DNA of 64,000 bases from the human T2T-CHM13v2.0 reference genome, Homo sapiens, in the NCBI RefSeq assembly GCF_009914755.1, contig NC_060925.1, one strand, 5' to 3'. This document shows, piece by piece, positions 1 to 16,066 of this stretch. The notes beneath the pieces were generated by a model, which ran no database searches, was not told the origin of the DNA, and worked only from the letters and a program-made list of their open reading frames with translations. Position 1 is the first letter of the stretch; each line of letters starts with the position of its first letter. The position numbers and the translations under genes are program-made.

Positions 1-2439
1 TCTGCAGGAAGCCTTCCCTGACTTCTCCAGACCTGGTCAGGTACCTTCATTTCCACACACCAGCCTTGATGCATGTGTCATTCAAAGCCGTGTGTCAACA
101 ACAGTGCAGATCTTTGACAGTCACAGACCTTTGTGGGTATTTACTGAATAGTCAAACGGCAAATATGGAATCTGCAAATGCCAAGAGCCTACTATATTGG
201 AACATTTTTATCTTTCTGGTCCCTACTCTCTCCTAGGCTTTCAGATCTTGAGGGTACAACGTGGTTATTTCTCAGCTTTGCTTCTCCCCAGCTGTCAAAA
301 GTGCTCAATAAATATTTGACCACTGAGTAACTTTTAAGTTACTCATGCATGAGTAATTGAATAAATGCATGAAAGAATGCATACACTAGTGAATGTATGA
401 ATAATAGAATGAGACAATTAGTGCATAAGTGGGGGAAATAGGTGAATGGTGAATCAAGAAATGAGTAGAGAATTAAAGGAGTGAAGGTGAAGGAATGAAT
501 GAAGCAAAGCTGGTTACCTTTCTTCCAAAGGGCTATGTGCTGGTGACAATACAAATGGGCCCATTCCAGAGCCCTGGAGAGAGTTAGAGCTGGTCCACCT
601 GACAGACAGCCACGAGTGACAGCCCAGCCACTGGGGTCCTCCAAATGTACTCATTCTGGAAACTTCTCCTTTCCTTCCAGCCACTATCTGCCACCCCTCC
701 ATGGAGCTAGGGACGCCAAGGGACTGTGAGGCAGGGCATGACTCCAGGGGGCAGAGAGCTAAGTGCATGGCTGTCCTCTCTCTTCCCAAACCCTTGTCAC
801 AGGCCGTGAGGGCCTGCTGCCTCCCCTGATGCCATGTTCCTGAGCAGATGTTCCTCCTGTCTTGTCAGCAACAGAGCGGCTGTCAGGAGTCCGCATTATA
901 TATCTGCTCGGTAACGTTTACTGGGATTTAGTGTTTAACAACTGTCACTCCAATATATCTTTTCTTAATCCCTTCAGATCTGCTGCTGTAGCAACTTTAA
1001 ATATTTATCAACACTGTTCGTGTGTTCGTTGGTTGGGTTGCAATTTTCTTGTAATTAAAGATTTACAAGACACTGCTCCAGACTTAGGAAGGATTGGTAG
1101 AGAGCAAAGAGGGAGGGGAGGAGAGCTCTGGTCTTGGAATCTGTTGTTTGGAATCCAAAGCTAGAATTCACTCTCCTGGGAGAGGTGGAAGCTCATTCAC
1201 TGGTTCCCATAAGCCCTCTCCTTTCCTTCTCTTTCACACGGCCCCATGTTCAAAGTGGACCTCACGGTAAGATACAGACCAGGGTGTGGTTCTTCCTTCC
1301 TCTGGAGTCCCTGCTATGTGCCAGGCAGGGGCTAGGTGCTGAGGGACAGCAGGGAGCAGACAGAAAAGGTCCCTGCTGACATGGCGCTTCCATTCCAGTG
1401 GCAGAGACAGACAATACACAAGGAAACAAAGACATGTTTTAAAATCAGTTTAGATTTTGAAAAATGCAGATGTTGACTGAGGATGGGACCTTAGTATCAG
1501 AGTTCTTTATTGCAAGCAATATAAATTAGTTCTGGAAAACTTAAGCAAAAAGAAATTTCTGGAAGGATAAGGGGAGTTCTCAGGATCAAAGGAAAGAAGA
1601 AGAGAGAAAAAGAATAAAAGAAGGCACAGGAACCAGTGCTATTTTGGGCATCTTTATGGCAGGCACTCAAAGACAGTCTCTTCAGGGGGTGGCCACTGGG
1701 ACAAATACCTCCCAACGGTGTTCTGGGTTTGTGATACTTTGTTTAGGATTCACAGTCCAGGGACAAAGGCCCTCACTCTTTGGCCAGGGGAGAGCAGGAT
1801 GAAGACCAGGGACTTGTGATTGACAGTTTCATCAGGACTGTATCCACTGGGGGAGGAGGAGTTATCCAAAGCAAGATCTGGCGATGCCGCAGGAAGGGGC
1901 TCCAGGTGATGGACCTGGGCATGCTGAAACATCAGTGTGCACTGTACTGCAGGCCATTCTAAGCTGTAACCAGGACAAAGATAGGAGCTGGGCCCATGAA
2001 GAGCTGGGGGAAGAGAGAGCCGCAGGTGCAGAAGCCCCGTAGTGCGAAAGAGCTCAGTGGGTTTTCAATGGCCAAGGTGCTGGGTTCTGCTTTCCCCCAC
2101 AGATTGAGCTTGAAAAATAAGCCTATCTGCAGTTCTCAGGGTCTCCGTGGGCCATGTCTGGGGACCAAAATTTTGTTTATTCCAAATGGAATAGGATAGA
2201 AGGCCCAGCTCTAGAGGGCTTCTCCCAGCTGCTGTGACAGGGAAGCCAGTGAGGGTGGAATTCTAGTTAAGTTGTGTTTCTGGAGGCCTGCAGTGGACCA
2301 GGTGTTAGGTTCTGTAGAACAAGGATGGAAGGGATATATCTACAGCTCTCAGAGCACTTAACTTGTGAGAGAGGTATAAATAGATTACAGCAGGGCAGTG
2401 ATAGAAGCTGGAGAGTTGATTTGAAACCTTCTTTTGCAA

Positions 2440-3345
2440 AACAGGTTTAATGCTACCAATTTCTCCATAAGTACTACTTTTGTGGCATCCCAGGGTTTTG
2501 TTATTGTTGTTATTATTGTTTTTGGTTTTTTAGAGACAGGGTCTCGAATCTCTGTTGCTCAGGCTGGAGTGCGGTGGTACAATCATGGCTCACTGCAGCC
2601 TCGAACGCCTTGGCTAAAGCCATTCTACTGCCTCAGCCTCCCAAGTAGCTACGCCTACAGGTACCTGCCAAGTGCCTGGTTAATGTTTTTTATTTTTACT
2701 TTTTGTAGAGATGGGATCTTGCTCTGTTGTTCAGGTGGTGGTTTCAAACTCCTGGCCTCAAGTGATCCTCCTGCCTTGGCCTCCCAAAGCGCTGGGATTA
2801 CAGGTGTGAGCCGCTGTGCCCAGGCCAATCCCAGAGATTTTGGTATGTTGTGTTTTTGTTTTCACTCAATTCAAAATATTTCCTAATTTCCCTTTTCCTT
2901 GGCCTATGGATTGTTTAGAATTTGTTATTTGATTCCCAAATATTTAGGGATTTTCTAGTTACGTTTCTGTTATTGATTTCTAATTTATTTCCGCTGTGGT
3001 CAGGGAATATATTTAGTGTGACATAAATCCTTTTAAATTTATTGAGTTTTATTTTATGGCCCAGAAGATGATTTCTCGATACGAGTTTCACGAAGACTTG
3101 AAAAGAATGTGTCCTCTGTTGTTGGATGGAGTGTCCTTGAAATGTTCATTAGGTAAGTTGGTTGATAGCATTCAAATCTTCTATATCCTTGCTAATTTTC
3201 TGACTACTTGTTCTATCAACTATTGAGAGAGGATATTAAAATCTCTGACTATAATTAAGAGTTGGGTTTGTCCATTTCTCCTTGCAGTTCTATCAGTTTT
3301 TGCTTCATGTATTTTGGAGCTCTGGTAAAAAGTATGTAAATGCTT
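2440..3345 (-). mobile_element. Old L1M fragment (ORF2 5' region), interrupted by an Alu
   Basis: T-rich antisense L1 signature (ttctatatccttgctaattttc, gagagaggatattaaaatctc, gttctatcagtttttgcttcatgtattttg). Confidence 0.75.
2500..2826 (-). mobile_element. AluJ-like SINE
   Basis: Full dimer on the minus strand; degenerate TSD atcccagggttttg / atcccagagattttg. Confidence 0.9.
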
Positions 3346-3555
3346 AGAATAGGTATACAATAAAGAACTATTCAGCCTAATTATTAATTGAGAAAGTTGA
3401 GAAACCAGGGTCTAGGGCTAATTATTAGCCACTACAAAAGCAAGACTCTTGTATGTACTTTATCTAATGCCCCATGAATTATGGGACTTTCTAGTCTGGC
3501 CTGTAGGAACAGGCACCATTCCTAGCTTGTGTGAGTGTTGAGCACTGTTCCCTTT

Positions 3556-4094
<539 letters not shown>

Positions 4095-4613
4095 TAGATT
4101 CCTGACCTACATGTGCTGATTGGTACTCAGCTGAATACATAAGGTGGGGACTGTCTCTTTAGATCTCCAGGATTCTCTCTCTGTGCAGTGCTTTCCTCTC
4201 CAGTTTTCTTTCCTGTGAATTCTAGCTGCCTTGTAGCTAGAATCTCAGCATTGTCTCCTCCACTCGGGGAATCCATCAGGCCTCACGTGGGCCCCTCCTC
4301 CCTACCTGGAAGGGGGCCTGGAAACTCCCTTAAGACAGTAAGCTGGGGCAATCACAGGAGTGACCTTGTTTCTTTCCCATCTCTCAGGGATTATTGCCTT
4401 TCATTATCTGGTACACTGTATCTTATAAATGGTTGTTTCACAGATTTTGTCGCTTTTGGTTGTTTTAGGTGGGAGGGTAAATCCTGTCTCTGTTACTCCA
4501 TTTTGGTGGAAGGTCAGTCTCTTTGGATTTGGTAGACCAATTTTCAGATGCTGTGTGGAACTTGGGGCAAACCCAATAGGAGAATCCCAGTGGAGATCCT
4601 GAGGCTTTGTTTC

Positions 4614-4922
4614 TTTTTTTTTTTTTTTTTTTTTTTTTGAGATGGAGTCTCGCTCTGTCGCCCAGGCTGTAGTGCAGTGGCGCAATCTCAGCTCACTGTA
4701 ACCTCTGACTCCCGGGTTCAAGCAATTCTCCAGCCTCGGCCTCCTGAGTAGCTGGGACTACAGGCACGTGCCACCACACCCAGCTAATTTTTTTTTATGT
4801 TTTTAGTAGAGACAGGGTTTCACCATATTGGCCAGGCTGGTCTCAAACTCCTGACCTTGTGTTTCACCCACCTCGGCCTCCCAAAGTGCTGGGATTACAG
4901 GCGTGAGCCATCATGCCCAGCC
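4614..4922 (-). mobile_element. AluS-like SINE
   Basis: Poly-T tail followed by a full dimer. Confidence 0.93.
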
Positions 4923-5039
4923 TGTTTCTTTCTTTCTTTATTTTTTTTATTGCCTATTCTGCTCGTGTAGAAATCCCGAGGCTTTGGAAGCAAGGACATA
5001 CTCTCTTTCTCAGGTGATTATTCTCCTTTTAATAAGTAG

Positions 5040-6045
5040 TTTAGGCTTTTTATTGGCCCTAATAAACTGAACCCCTGACCGTTGGACACCACATCAGCAT
5101 GCAACCCAAGCTACTGCTCATCATGAACCATGCCATGAATTCAGGCATGTCCGGCCACACTCCATAATCAAGTGCAAGTGATATGAGTGGGACTGGGCCA
5201 AGCAGGTACCAATGGCTGGTGTAAATGGGATGAGCTACTCACTTAAGCTCCAGTGTGCCTACTTCTGCTGCTCTGCTGCCTCTCCCTCAATCTGCATCTA
5301 TGGCTGCATGCAGAGTTGACTGAGGAGGAAAACACCCATGACTGCTTTGCAAAACTCTTCATGATATGTTCGTCCCCACTCAAAGTAAACTGCTCTAGCC
5401 TTCTAGCTCCATTCAGAAGAGCCTCCGAAGTAGAGACCAGAAATCCTTCTAGTGGGCTGTGCTTTGAGCAGTACTGCTTGTTGACTGCTTTACTTGGAAG
5501 GAGAGATCGACTGAGGTAAGGCTCTTACTAATGCACGTGCTTTGCTAATGGTTTGGCCAGATGATCAAAAATGTGGAAGGGGTAAGATTCAAGGATTGGT
5601 GACAAGGAAGTTTAGAATAACAGAGATGTGGATGGGCCTCCTAGAATGACCAAAGAATATGAGAATATTTATGTTTCATGTGAACATTCATCAAGCTCCT
5701 ATTGGTAGTCAGGTAGACAGGTAGACAAGGTGGTCTACTTTGAGGATGCTGATTAATCTCTTCCTCCAGTGACGCAGGGTTTGCTCAGTGGGCTCATGGA
5801 CAGAGTGGCCCTGATGGCTCAGTGGAGGGCTTGGTATAGGCTTAGCCACATGGACTCACCAAGACTAACCTGGTTACAGCCGTTGTTGAATGCCCAACAT
5901 TCTACAGCAGAAACCAACCCTGAGCTCCTGACTTGGTGCCATACCGTGGGGGGACCAACCTGCTGCTTCAGGCCCGGTTGGTTATTTGAGATTCCACTCA
6001 TGGAAGAGTTATGCTTTGTCCTTCTGAAACATACACTCCTTGTGG
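5040..6045 (+). mobile_element. ERVL-class internal fragment (degraded pol RNase H and integrase zinc finger)
   Basis: Remnant translations match ERVL pol motifs in order: ANGLA, IGDKEV, MW, IF.HVN.HQ, AQWAH.QSG, ECP, PTLS, GDQPA. Many stops and frameshifts. Confidence 0.75.
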
Positions 6046-6384
6046 AATGACGATCTCTGCCAACCAGTCATTTTTGTAATGATGGGGCCAGCCTGCAGAC
6101 CAATTTTTGTTACCTTTTTTTTTTCTGCCCAAGGAATAGATATATGGTACACCAGGCTGTGACAGATAGATCTTGCTGCAATGGGCTTATCATCAAAAGG
6201 GTCCAGAGACAGCCTGTGAAGTGGTACATGATCCAGAGTCAGCTACAGGAAGAAATGAATAACCAAGTCTTGACACATTCATGCTTTGCACGGGGCTGTG
6301 TTTGTCATGCTGATGAGGGCATGGCAGTGTGGCAGTGTGTGCGTGCGCACATGTGTGTTGCATGCCAACATTTCATCTTTCTGA

Positions 6385-6714
<330 letters not shown>

Positions 6715-9700
6715 TGGGGATGGCTTTAAGGCAAGGAATGAGTGAGGTAGTGAGGCAGTCTCTGACCCCTTGTCTATTCAGGGTCCAGCATACATTCTGT
6801 CACAGGGGTAGTTTCATTTGTTGGATGAGGAAAAGAAAAAAAAAGAAAGAATGAATGTATATGTCCTTTGAGTCAGATGGGACCACAGAGATTATCTAGT
6901 TCCTCCTCAACCACTGTGGGAGTCTCTTTGTTGATATCCCCGACTGGTAGCCACCTAACTTCTGCTTTTTATTTGTAATAATAGTTAGTGTGAGGCACTC
7001 CAGTTTATATGCTTTAATCTCATATAAGCCTCAAAACCTGAGGAGGTATTACTACATTTATGTGCCAACGAAGAAACTGAATTTCCGGTAACTTCCTCAA
7101 AGTCACACAATTAGTAAATGACAGAGCCAGGAATTGAAGCCAGGTATATCTGACTCTATAGCTTAAGCTCTTAAGCACTGTGCTGTACTGTCTTAATAAA
7201 TACTGTGACAGAGCTCTCACCACCTCACAAGACACCCTGTGTTATCGTTAGCCAGCTTTGGCTGTTAGAAAATTTTCTTCCATTGAGTTGAAACCTCCCT
7301 GTAACTCACATACACTGTTCTAAATGTCTCCTTTCAAACCTCTGAGAAGGATTCCCCTCCCCAATTCCATGTGACATTCCTACACTGTCTAAGGATGGCT
7401 CTCTTCCATCAAGGATGGAAGAATCCTATCTAGTAGACCTGTATGCTAAGAACCCTTGCTGAAGGAACTCAAGTTTACCAATGTCCTTAGTATTTGGCTC
7501 TCAGGCTATGGAAGGCGAAGGTGGACCAGTGCAGAACGTTTCAGTACCATTACCTCCTGTGTAGACACTGCACTGTTATTAATACCATTTCACCTCGCGT
7601 TAGCATTTTTGGCAAGAGGAGTTATTCCACTGCTTGGCTGAATGACTGTGGAGCTTAGCTCAGAGCAGGAAATAATATGAGAGGGCAAGAACAGCAGGCT
7701 CCCCTGGGTCTGGCCGGAGTCATGTGTGATTATGGTCTCTGAGTCTAAGTGCTGGGGCAGTGAGGGAGGTGAGGGAGGTAGTGCACGAACTGGGGGCTGC
7801 TCCTGGTTTGTGGGGTGATGCTTGACAATCGTTTCTTCTAGAGGGGAGCTGCAGTCTGGGGGGCATGTACACGTGTGTGTGTGCATGTACTGGCATGTCT
7901 GTGTGTGTGTGTGTGTGTGATGGAGCAGGGTCAGTTCCTAGAACAGCTGTGGAGCACCTGTCTTAGCCTCACCTATCTGGGCCTTTCTGTTCTCACTTTG
8001 GGTGTGACTGAATTTCATTTCACTGGGAAAACCGTCTTGCAGACCGAACTAACTCTGCGCACGAGATGGCTCCCGGATCCTCCCCCATTATTCTGAGCCC
8101 CAGTGCAAAGAGATAGATAAGGAGGCTGCACCTACCTGGATGCCCAGCAGGTCCAAAAGGCCAGCTCTGGCAGCCTGCAGCACGCCTGTGAGGACTCACC
8201 TGAGCCCCAGGCCTCTGCGCTGCCCGGGCTTGTCCCCCCAAGCCTGTGCGTGTGCGCTGGGGGTTACTGCTCTCCTCCCATGGAAATGGCCTTGGATTTC
8301 CTCTAATTAAGACTTAACATGGCTCCTGACAGACAGGAAGAATGAGGGTGAGAGGTCCTGGATACTTTATCTGACTTTCCTAAGTCCCAAAATAGGGAAG
8401 GGAAGGGGAGTCAAAGTGTATTCGGGGGACGACGGGACGGTGGGCGCAGAGGAAGGATGGGTGGGGCTCTGCTCTTCCTCAGCCGCCACCTTGCTCTGTC
8501 ACGTCCCTCTTTTCTGAGGGACCCAGAGTGGCCATTGCGAGAGGGAGTCTGAAGAGCTACAGTCCTCAGAGACCTTCAGAGACTCCAGCTGGGCCTCCCC
8601 GCCTGGAGGAGGGAAGGGAAGTTCTGTGTTCTTTCTCATCACAGGCATTTGTGCTCCCGAAGCATCATAGCTCTGCAGCCTGGTGTTTTGCCTGTAACTG
8701 GAGAAATGCTTGCTGCAAAGCAATTTTATGTGTGGTAGTAGAAAGAGGCTGAGATTCCAGTCTCAGCTGTGTGACCGTGGGTAGATCACCTAACCTCTCT
8801 GAGCCTCATATTTCCCATCTGCCAACTGCAGAGACAAATACTGCTCTGCTCACCTCACGGGATTGTGGTGTGGATGGGAAAAGCCTCTGTGAATGGCTTT
8901 CCAAATGTGGGGGCTGTAGGGACGAGGATGACTACAGTGGTGGTGATGAGCATGTTAGCACTGACATGCCAGTTTGCCAGCGGGTGGTGGGCTGGGAGCT
9001 TACCTTTTGTTACCACGGCTTGCATTCAGAGTTGTCAGTTTTAATGGCTATTGTGGGAGACAGGGTCCTTTAGAAAAGGACACGACGATGAGGCTGGCGC
9101 CAGGTCAGGAGTAATTAAGAGCATGTATATGTGCATACCTGCATTTTTTTTGAGGGGAGTGGGCTGGGAGTACCTTCGATGCTAGATAAATCTGGCCAGA
9201 CTCCAGCCCTGGCCAGGCCACCTGGCCACCTCTAGTCTAGGCCCTTTGGCATCAGAGAACCCTGACTTACATGATTACTATGAAATTTGTAACCATCTCG
9301 CTCCCTTCTCCTCAATGGCACAGAAAGGACTTGCTATGCTCTGCCACGGTGGGACTGCAGGGCCTGGAAGTCCAGAGAAGGATGGACTTGAATTTCCCAG
9401 CTGGCTCCAGCCTAAGAGGACACTGGGCAGCAACATTTTCTTTCTAAACTGAAAGGTCTCCTTTATGTTCTGGGATCTCTGATCCAGCGATCCCAGTCTA
9501 TCCCCGGGTCATGGGTAATGCCTGAGGTTGGCCACCAGGGCAGGGAGGGACCCAGCAGACATCTGGGACTAGGGCAAGCATCTTGGACTTCCATTCCAAC
9601 ATTGCCCCTGGCTAGCTGGGTAGCAAAGGTCCACATTTCACCCACCTGCCATGGGAGAGGTTGGTGCTAGAGGGGAGAGAGGGCTTGGGCTCGGGAATAC

Positions 9701-9802
9701 GATAGACTCTGGTTTGAATCCTGGACCTGGCACTGGGTAAATCACATAAACTTTCTGGACCTCTGTTTCTTTGTCTAAATGTGAGGTTAAAACTCTTGAC
9801 CA

Positions 9803-10145
9803 CGGCACAGAGGATGTTTCGGGCAGTGAAAGTACTCTGTAGGATACTGTAATTAATGGTCGATACATGTCATTATACATTTATCCAAACCCACAGAATG
9901 TATAACATCAAGAGCTGCCCTAATGTGAACTGGAGACTTCGAGTGACAACAATGTGCCCATGTAGGTCATTGATTGTAACAAATGGATCACTGTGGTGGG
10001 GCACGGGGGAGGCTGTGAGCATGAGGGCAGGGCTGTGTGGGAACTCTCTGTACCATCTGTTCCATTTTGCCCTGAGCCTAAAACTGCTCTAAAAAGTAAA
10101 GTCCATTAAAAAACAAACAAACAAACACAAAGCAAAATAAAACAA
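9803..10145 (+). mobile_element. L1MC-like 3' end
   Basis: gatacatgtcattatacatttatccaaacccacagaatgtataaca... ending ctaaaactgctctaaaaagtaaagtc plus an A-rich tail. Confidence 0.75.
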
Positions 10146-11264
10146 GATCATGAATTATTCGTGAATCATGAATTCAGAATTATACTTAGTCTTCTTGTAA
10201 AACATAATTTTGTATACTGCTTTAGATGACACAAACGACTCCCTACCTCCTGGGATTTTTGGGAGGATTGAGGATAATGTGTCATAAACAATGTAATAAT
10301 GGGGGCAATAATAATAATAATCCATAATAGTAGCTCTAGTTGTACAGAGACCCCTGCCCACCCCTCCCATCCTCTCCTGGACGGCATGGGAGTGAAAGGG
10401 CTAATAGATGTGGAAATTCTTTGGGCTTCCGCATGCTGTTTTTAGTTAAAATGACATGACAATAGTACTTACATAAAATTTTCTAATCCTTTGTGTCCCT
10501 AGAATATGAAGCTCTGGTGCCCTGGGGTGAGCACGAGCACTTCTAGAGGCAGGCTTTCCTCCCCTCCTCTCCCCTGAATCATTGCTCTTCCCGTCTGAAT
10601 GTTCCCAGTTCAGGGACTTGCTGTTTATCAGCCACAGGAAAAGATTCAGGATGCAATAGGGTAGATTTTTGTCTTGCTAAGTCTCCATGCTCCACAGGGA
10701 ATGGCCAATTAGAGTCCAGCCCAGACTCATACATCACTGTCACACCTGGCTCCTTGGGCCTGGGGGCCGGGCCGGCTCCCAGGGAGGCATCCATAGATCA
10801 TAGCCATCTCCTAGCAAGAGGAAGAGGAGGTGTGGGTGGGGTGGTGGGAGGTGGTGAGGTCTGGAGGGGGCAGAACATGATCTTTGGTCGGAAGCTGGAA
10901 CGTCAGGGAGGGGCTTGAAGAAACCATGAATTCTTCATTACTAAGTGCCTTGTGGCAGGGTAAAGCCAGATAAATTTAAATATGCCCATCACCCAGAGCT
11001 TTAGAGCAGTTTTCCAAAGAAACTCAAGGGTTTGTGTTTCATTTGTGTGGTCCCTGCCCCTTTTTTCCCCTACCCTTATTATCCATAATTCTGGGGAGGC
11101 ACTAAAAGCAAAGAAAGAAATCAAAAGCTCTGGCTGATTTTTAACTTGATATGGTGGCAGGTTAGAGCCCTCTGTGGTTGTGTGGGTGCGGGGCGGGGGG
11201 GTAGGAGTCTGATGCCCACCCACCACTCCCAGGTCTCATCATCCTCATGGTTCAGTCCTTCACA

Positions 11265-11870
11265 CATTCACTCATTCATTCACTCTTCAAAAAGCTTTTA
11301 ATAAACACCTACACTGAACCAGGCCATGTTCTGGGTGCTAGGGAAAGAAGTGGACAAGACTCTGCTCTCTTCATGGAACCGAGTATTCTAAGGACACAGC
11401 CAAGTCAGGAGACTACACCCCTAGTATAATAAGTCCTGTGGCTGTACTGAGAAGAGGTCCTGACTCAGAACTGGAGGACATCATGGAAGGCTTCCTGGAG
11501 GAAGTGCCATCTAGGCTGAAACCTAAAGGATGAGTAGAACTAACCAGATGAAAAGGTAAGGAAAAAGGGTCGTGTGGAGGAGAATGTTCCAAGCTGAGAG
11601 AACATTGTGTATGAAGGCCCAAAGGAGACAGCAAGTGTGGTTTGTTCTAGCAACTGAAACACATTTGATGTGGCTGGATCTCAGAGTGACGGGAGAGCCA
11701 GCATGAGATACCGAGGCCAGGTCATGCAGGGCTGTAATTGTGCAAGGCATCTGGACTTTAGTCTGAGGACAGTAAGGAGCCTCAGAAACGTTTAAAGCCA
11801 GGACATGGTAGCACCAGATTTGGATTTTAGAATGAGACTATTGGCTGCTGACTCTCCACCACAAAGCAGA
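11265..11870 (-). mobile_element. L2 fragment
   Basis: cattcattcactc tail; gaaggcttcctggaggaag and gaggccaggtcatgcagggc are typical antisense L2 motifs. Confidence 0.65.
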
Positions 11871-12349
11871 GAGGCTGGGTTGGAGGATATCATGGTGGAT
11901 GGGGGAGAGGTGGTAGTGGCATTGCACCTCCACGCCTGTTCCTGCACTTCCACACCTGTTCTCCCAAGTCCAGACTCTCCTTTCATCTCCTTGCCCTTGC
12001 TGTGGACCACGCAGCCAACTCAGGAGGAGGTGGTAACCCACTGCTTCCTCATCCCAAATCTGTCTCATTGCTGTGGGAGCTTCTACCTGAGACCACTGCT
12101 CTTGGGTATTTGTTTTACTCCTTGCCTTGGAAGCCCTGGTTTTCTTTGTTCCTCTCAGGCCTGCTGGAGGTCATGACTCCTCAGGGGCTGGATAATGGCC
12201 ATGAGATTTCTCCAGAAATGAAAATAGGGGGTTCTGAAGAGAAGGCAGAGAAGGGCTGAGATTGCAGGCCAAACCCGACTGAGGTCTTGGGTTCTCATTT
12301 CAAGTCCAGAGGTGCTGGGGCAGCTCCTAGTTCTCAAAGACTCAAACGC

Positions 12350-12985
12350 AAAGCAGGTGGAGAAATGGAACCCTTGTGCACTGCTGGTGGAAATGTAAGA
12401 TGATGCAGCCACTATGGCAAACAATAAAAAATAGAATTACCATATGATCCAGTAATCCCGCTTCTGGGTATATATCCAAACAAATGGAAAACAGAGTCTT
12501 GAAGAGAGATATTTGCATACATCCATGTTGATAGGAACCTTATTCACAGTAACCAAGAGGTGGAAGCAACCCAAATGCCCATTGGCAGATGAATGGATAA
12601 ACAAAATGCGGTACATACATGCCAGGGAATATTACTCAGCCTTAAAAAGGAAGGAAAGTCTGACATGTTCTACAACATAGGTGAACCTTGAGGACATTGT
12701 GCTAAGTGAAATAAAAGACAAATACTGTATGATTCCACTTACATGAAGTATCTAAAGCAGTCAGATTCATAGAGATAGAAAGTAGAATGGCAGTTGTCAG
12801 AGGCTGGGGCTTGCGGGGATGGGGAGTGGTTGCTTAATGGATACAGAGTTCAGTTTTGCGAAATGAAGAGTTCAGGCTATTGGTTTACAACAATGTGAAC
12901 ATACTTAGTACTATTGAACACTTATAAATGGTTAAGATGATAAATTTTGTTATGTGCTTTTTACCACCATTAAAAATAAGAAGAA
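12350..12985 (+). mobile_element. L1MB-like 3' end
   Basis: gagaaatggaacccttgtgcactgctggtgg, gaattaccatatgatccag, gatgaatggataaacaaaatg, acaacaatgtgaacatactta. Confidence 0.88.
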
Positions 12986-13026
12986 AAGAAAGTAGATGAT
13001 TTACATTTTTTAAAAAAGCAAAGCAG

Positions 13027-13615
<589 letters not shown>

Positions 13616-14846
13616 AAAACACACACACACAAACCATACACATACACAAAACCGAAACATAGAACCTGCCCTTTCTTTTAAAAAAATAAAAATAAAAAAC
13701 CAAAAAAAAGCAAAGTGAAGGTAAGGGTGGGGAAGGTAAGGCTTTGGATAAAAAACCAAAAAAAAGCAAAGTGAAGGTAAGGGGTATAGGAAGTGAGAGG
13801 TCAACCCTGACTCAGACTCCCCCCATTTGAGTAGCACTGGATTCCCAGGCACTCTTTCCCCTGCCTGGGGATGGGTGGGGACCCAGAGAGGCAGCTGGAG
13901 GAGAAGGCCCTGGGTGCTTAACTGAAACCAAAACAGCCAAGAATCACAGCTGCCATTTTCCCTAACTGCACCTCCTCCACACACATACCCCACTTCTTCT
14001 CTCCTCTCTGCATGTATTTATAACTTACTTTCCCCTTGGCATTCACCTTAGCCTGTTTCTTCTCTATAAAAATAGTGGGGAGGCTGAGAGGTGGAAACAC
14101 AGTGTTGCTTTGGGTCCCGTACCCAGGAAGGTCTGCCTTCCTATTCCTGCCACCTGTTTTGCCTCTCTGGGGTCCCACTGGAGGCAGAGGATGTACGGGA
14201 TGAAAGCTGGGAAGCCTCCCTGCCCATACAGGGAACGTCAGCATGGAAGGAAAGGCTGCTAATTGCTGCCGATTTCCCTTTCACTGAGTGAAATGTGACT
14301 TTGCACTTCTCCATCCTCCTGCTGGCCGAAGCAGCCAGACCTATGGGGGACCCTCAGCACCGGCCTGCTGGCCACACACCCAGATGGGCTGGACATAGGG
14401 CATCCGGGGGCTCGAGTGGTTTCTCAGATGTGCCCTCCTCCACTACCTCCAGGGGTGCCTCTAGCCCTTGGCTTCCTCTGCCACATGGCCTGGTCCATTG
14501 CATGTCTATGTTCCTGAGATCTTGACCATATACATCACAATTTAATTCCTCAATATGCCTGGCATGTTAGATGTAGATTTTTGGGCCTCTCTTGACTGGA
14601 GTGTGGCGGGTATCCATATAGGAGGCCAACAGGAAGGTGGTGGTGGTGATGGTGGATCTACATCCTCCTCCAAAAACAAGCCCACTCCCTCCTCCTTGGC
14701 AAAGCCTTCGCCAACCATTCTAGTCTTCTTGGACCTCCCCTTCTGAACTGTTAATCTGCATTCCCCTTAATCTAACTCTTGATCATCGCTGACTTGTACT
14801 TGACATAGTACAGAAATTCTTTCACTGGTAATACTGGACTCCTTAA

Positions 14847-15205
<359 letters not shown>

Positions 15206-15715
15206 CAATGCAGCAGGATCTTAAAGAGGGTCCTTGTTTTGCAAAAATATTGCGATGCTTCATTCATTTTCCAAAGGCCTCTCAATTTTTGATACCCAGA
15301 TCGTTGACTTGGAGGTAATTGTGTTGTCATGATCCTTGTTGGTTTTCTTTTCTTCAGTTTAGTTGGTCTCCCCTAGCTCCTTATCTTTTCAATGGCTTTG
15401 TGGATGATGTAAAAATTTCTCTAACATTGATTTCATCAACCTCATTAAAATCTGCATTTTGGGAGGCAGGATATGCAATTTCACTTTGCAATTGGCTTGT
15501 GTATTTGTTTGTGTGGTGGTAGCCACCCACAACTAGCAGAGACCAACAAAGACCTTTGACACAATAGGTTGGGTCAGGCTAAGGCTGGAATTAAACCAAA
15601 AGAATCTATTAGTGAGGGGTTAAGGGTAAATTGTGGTTGGTTCATTAGTGAATATTTTTGTGTTATCTTGACTTTAGCTTCCCAGCACAAGCTATGAGAG
15701 CCAGAAAGTAAATTT

Positions 15716-16066
<351 letters not shown>

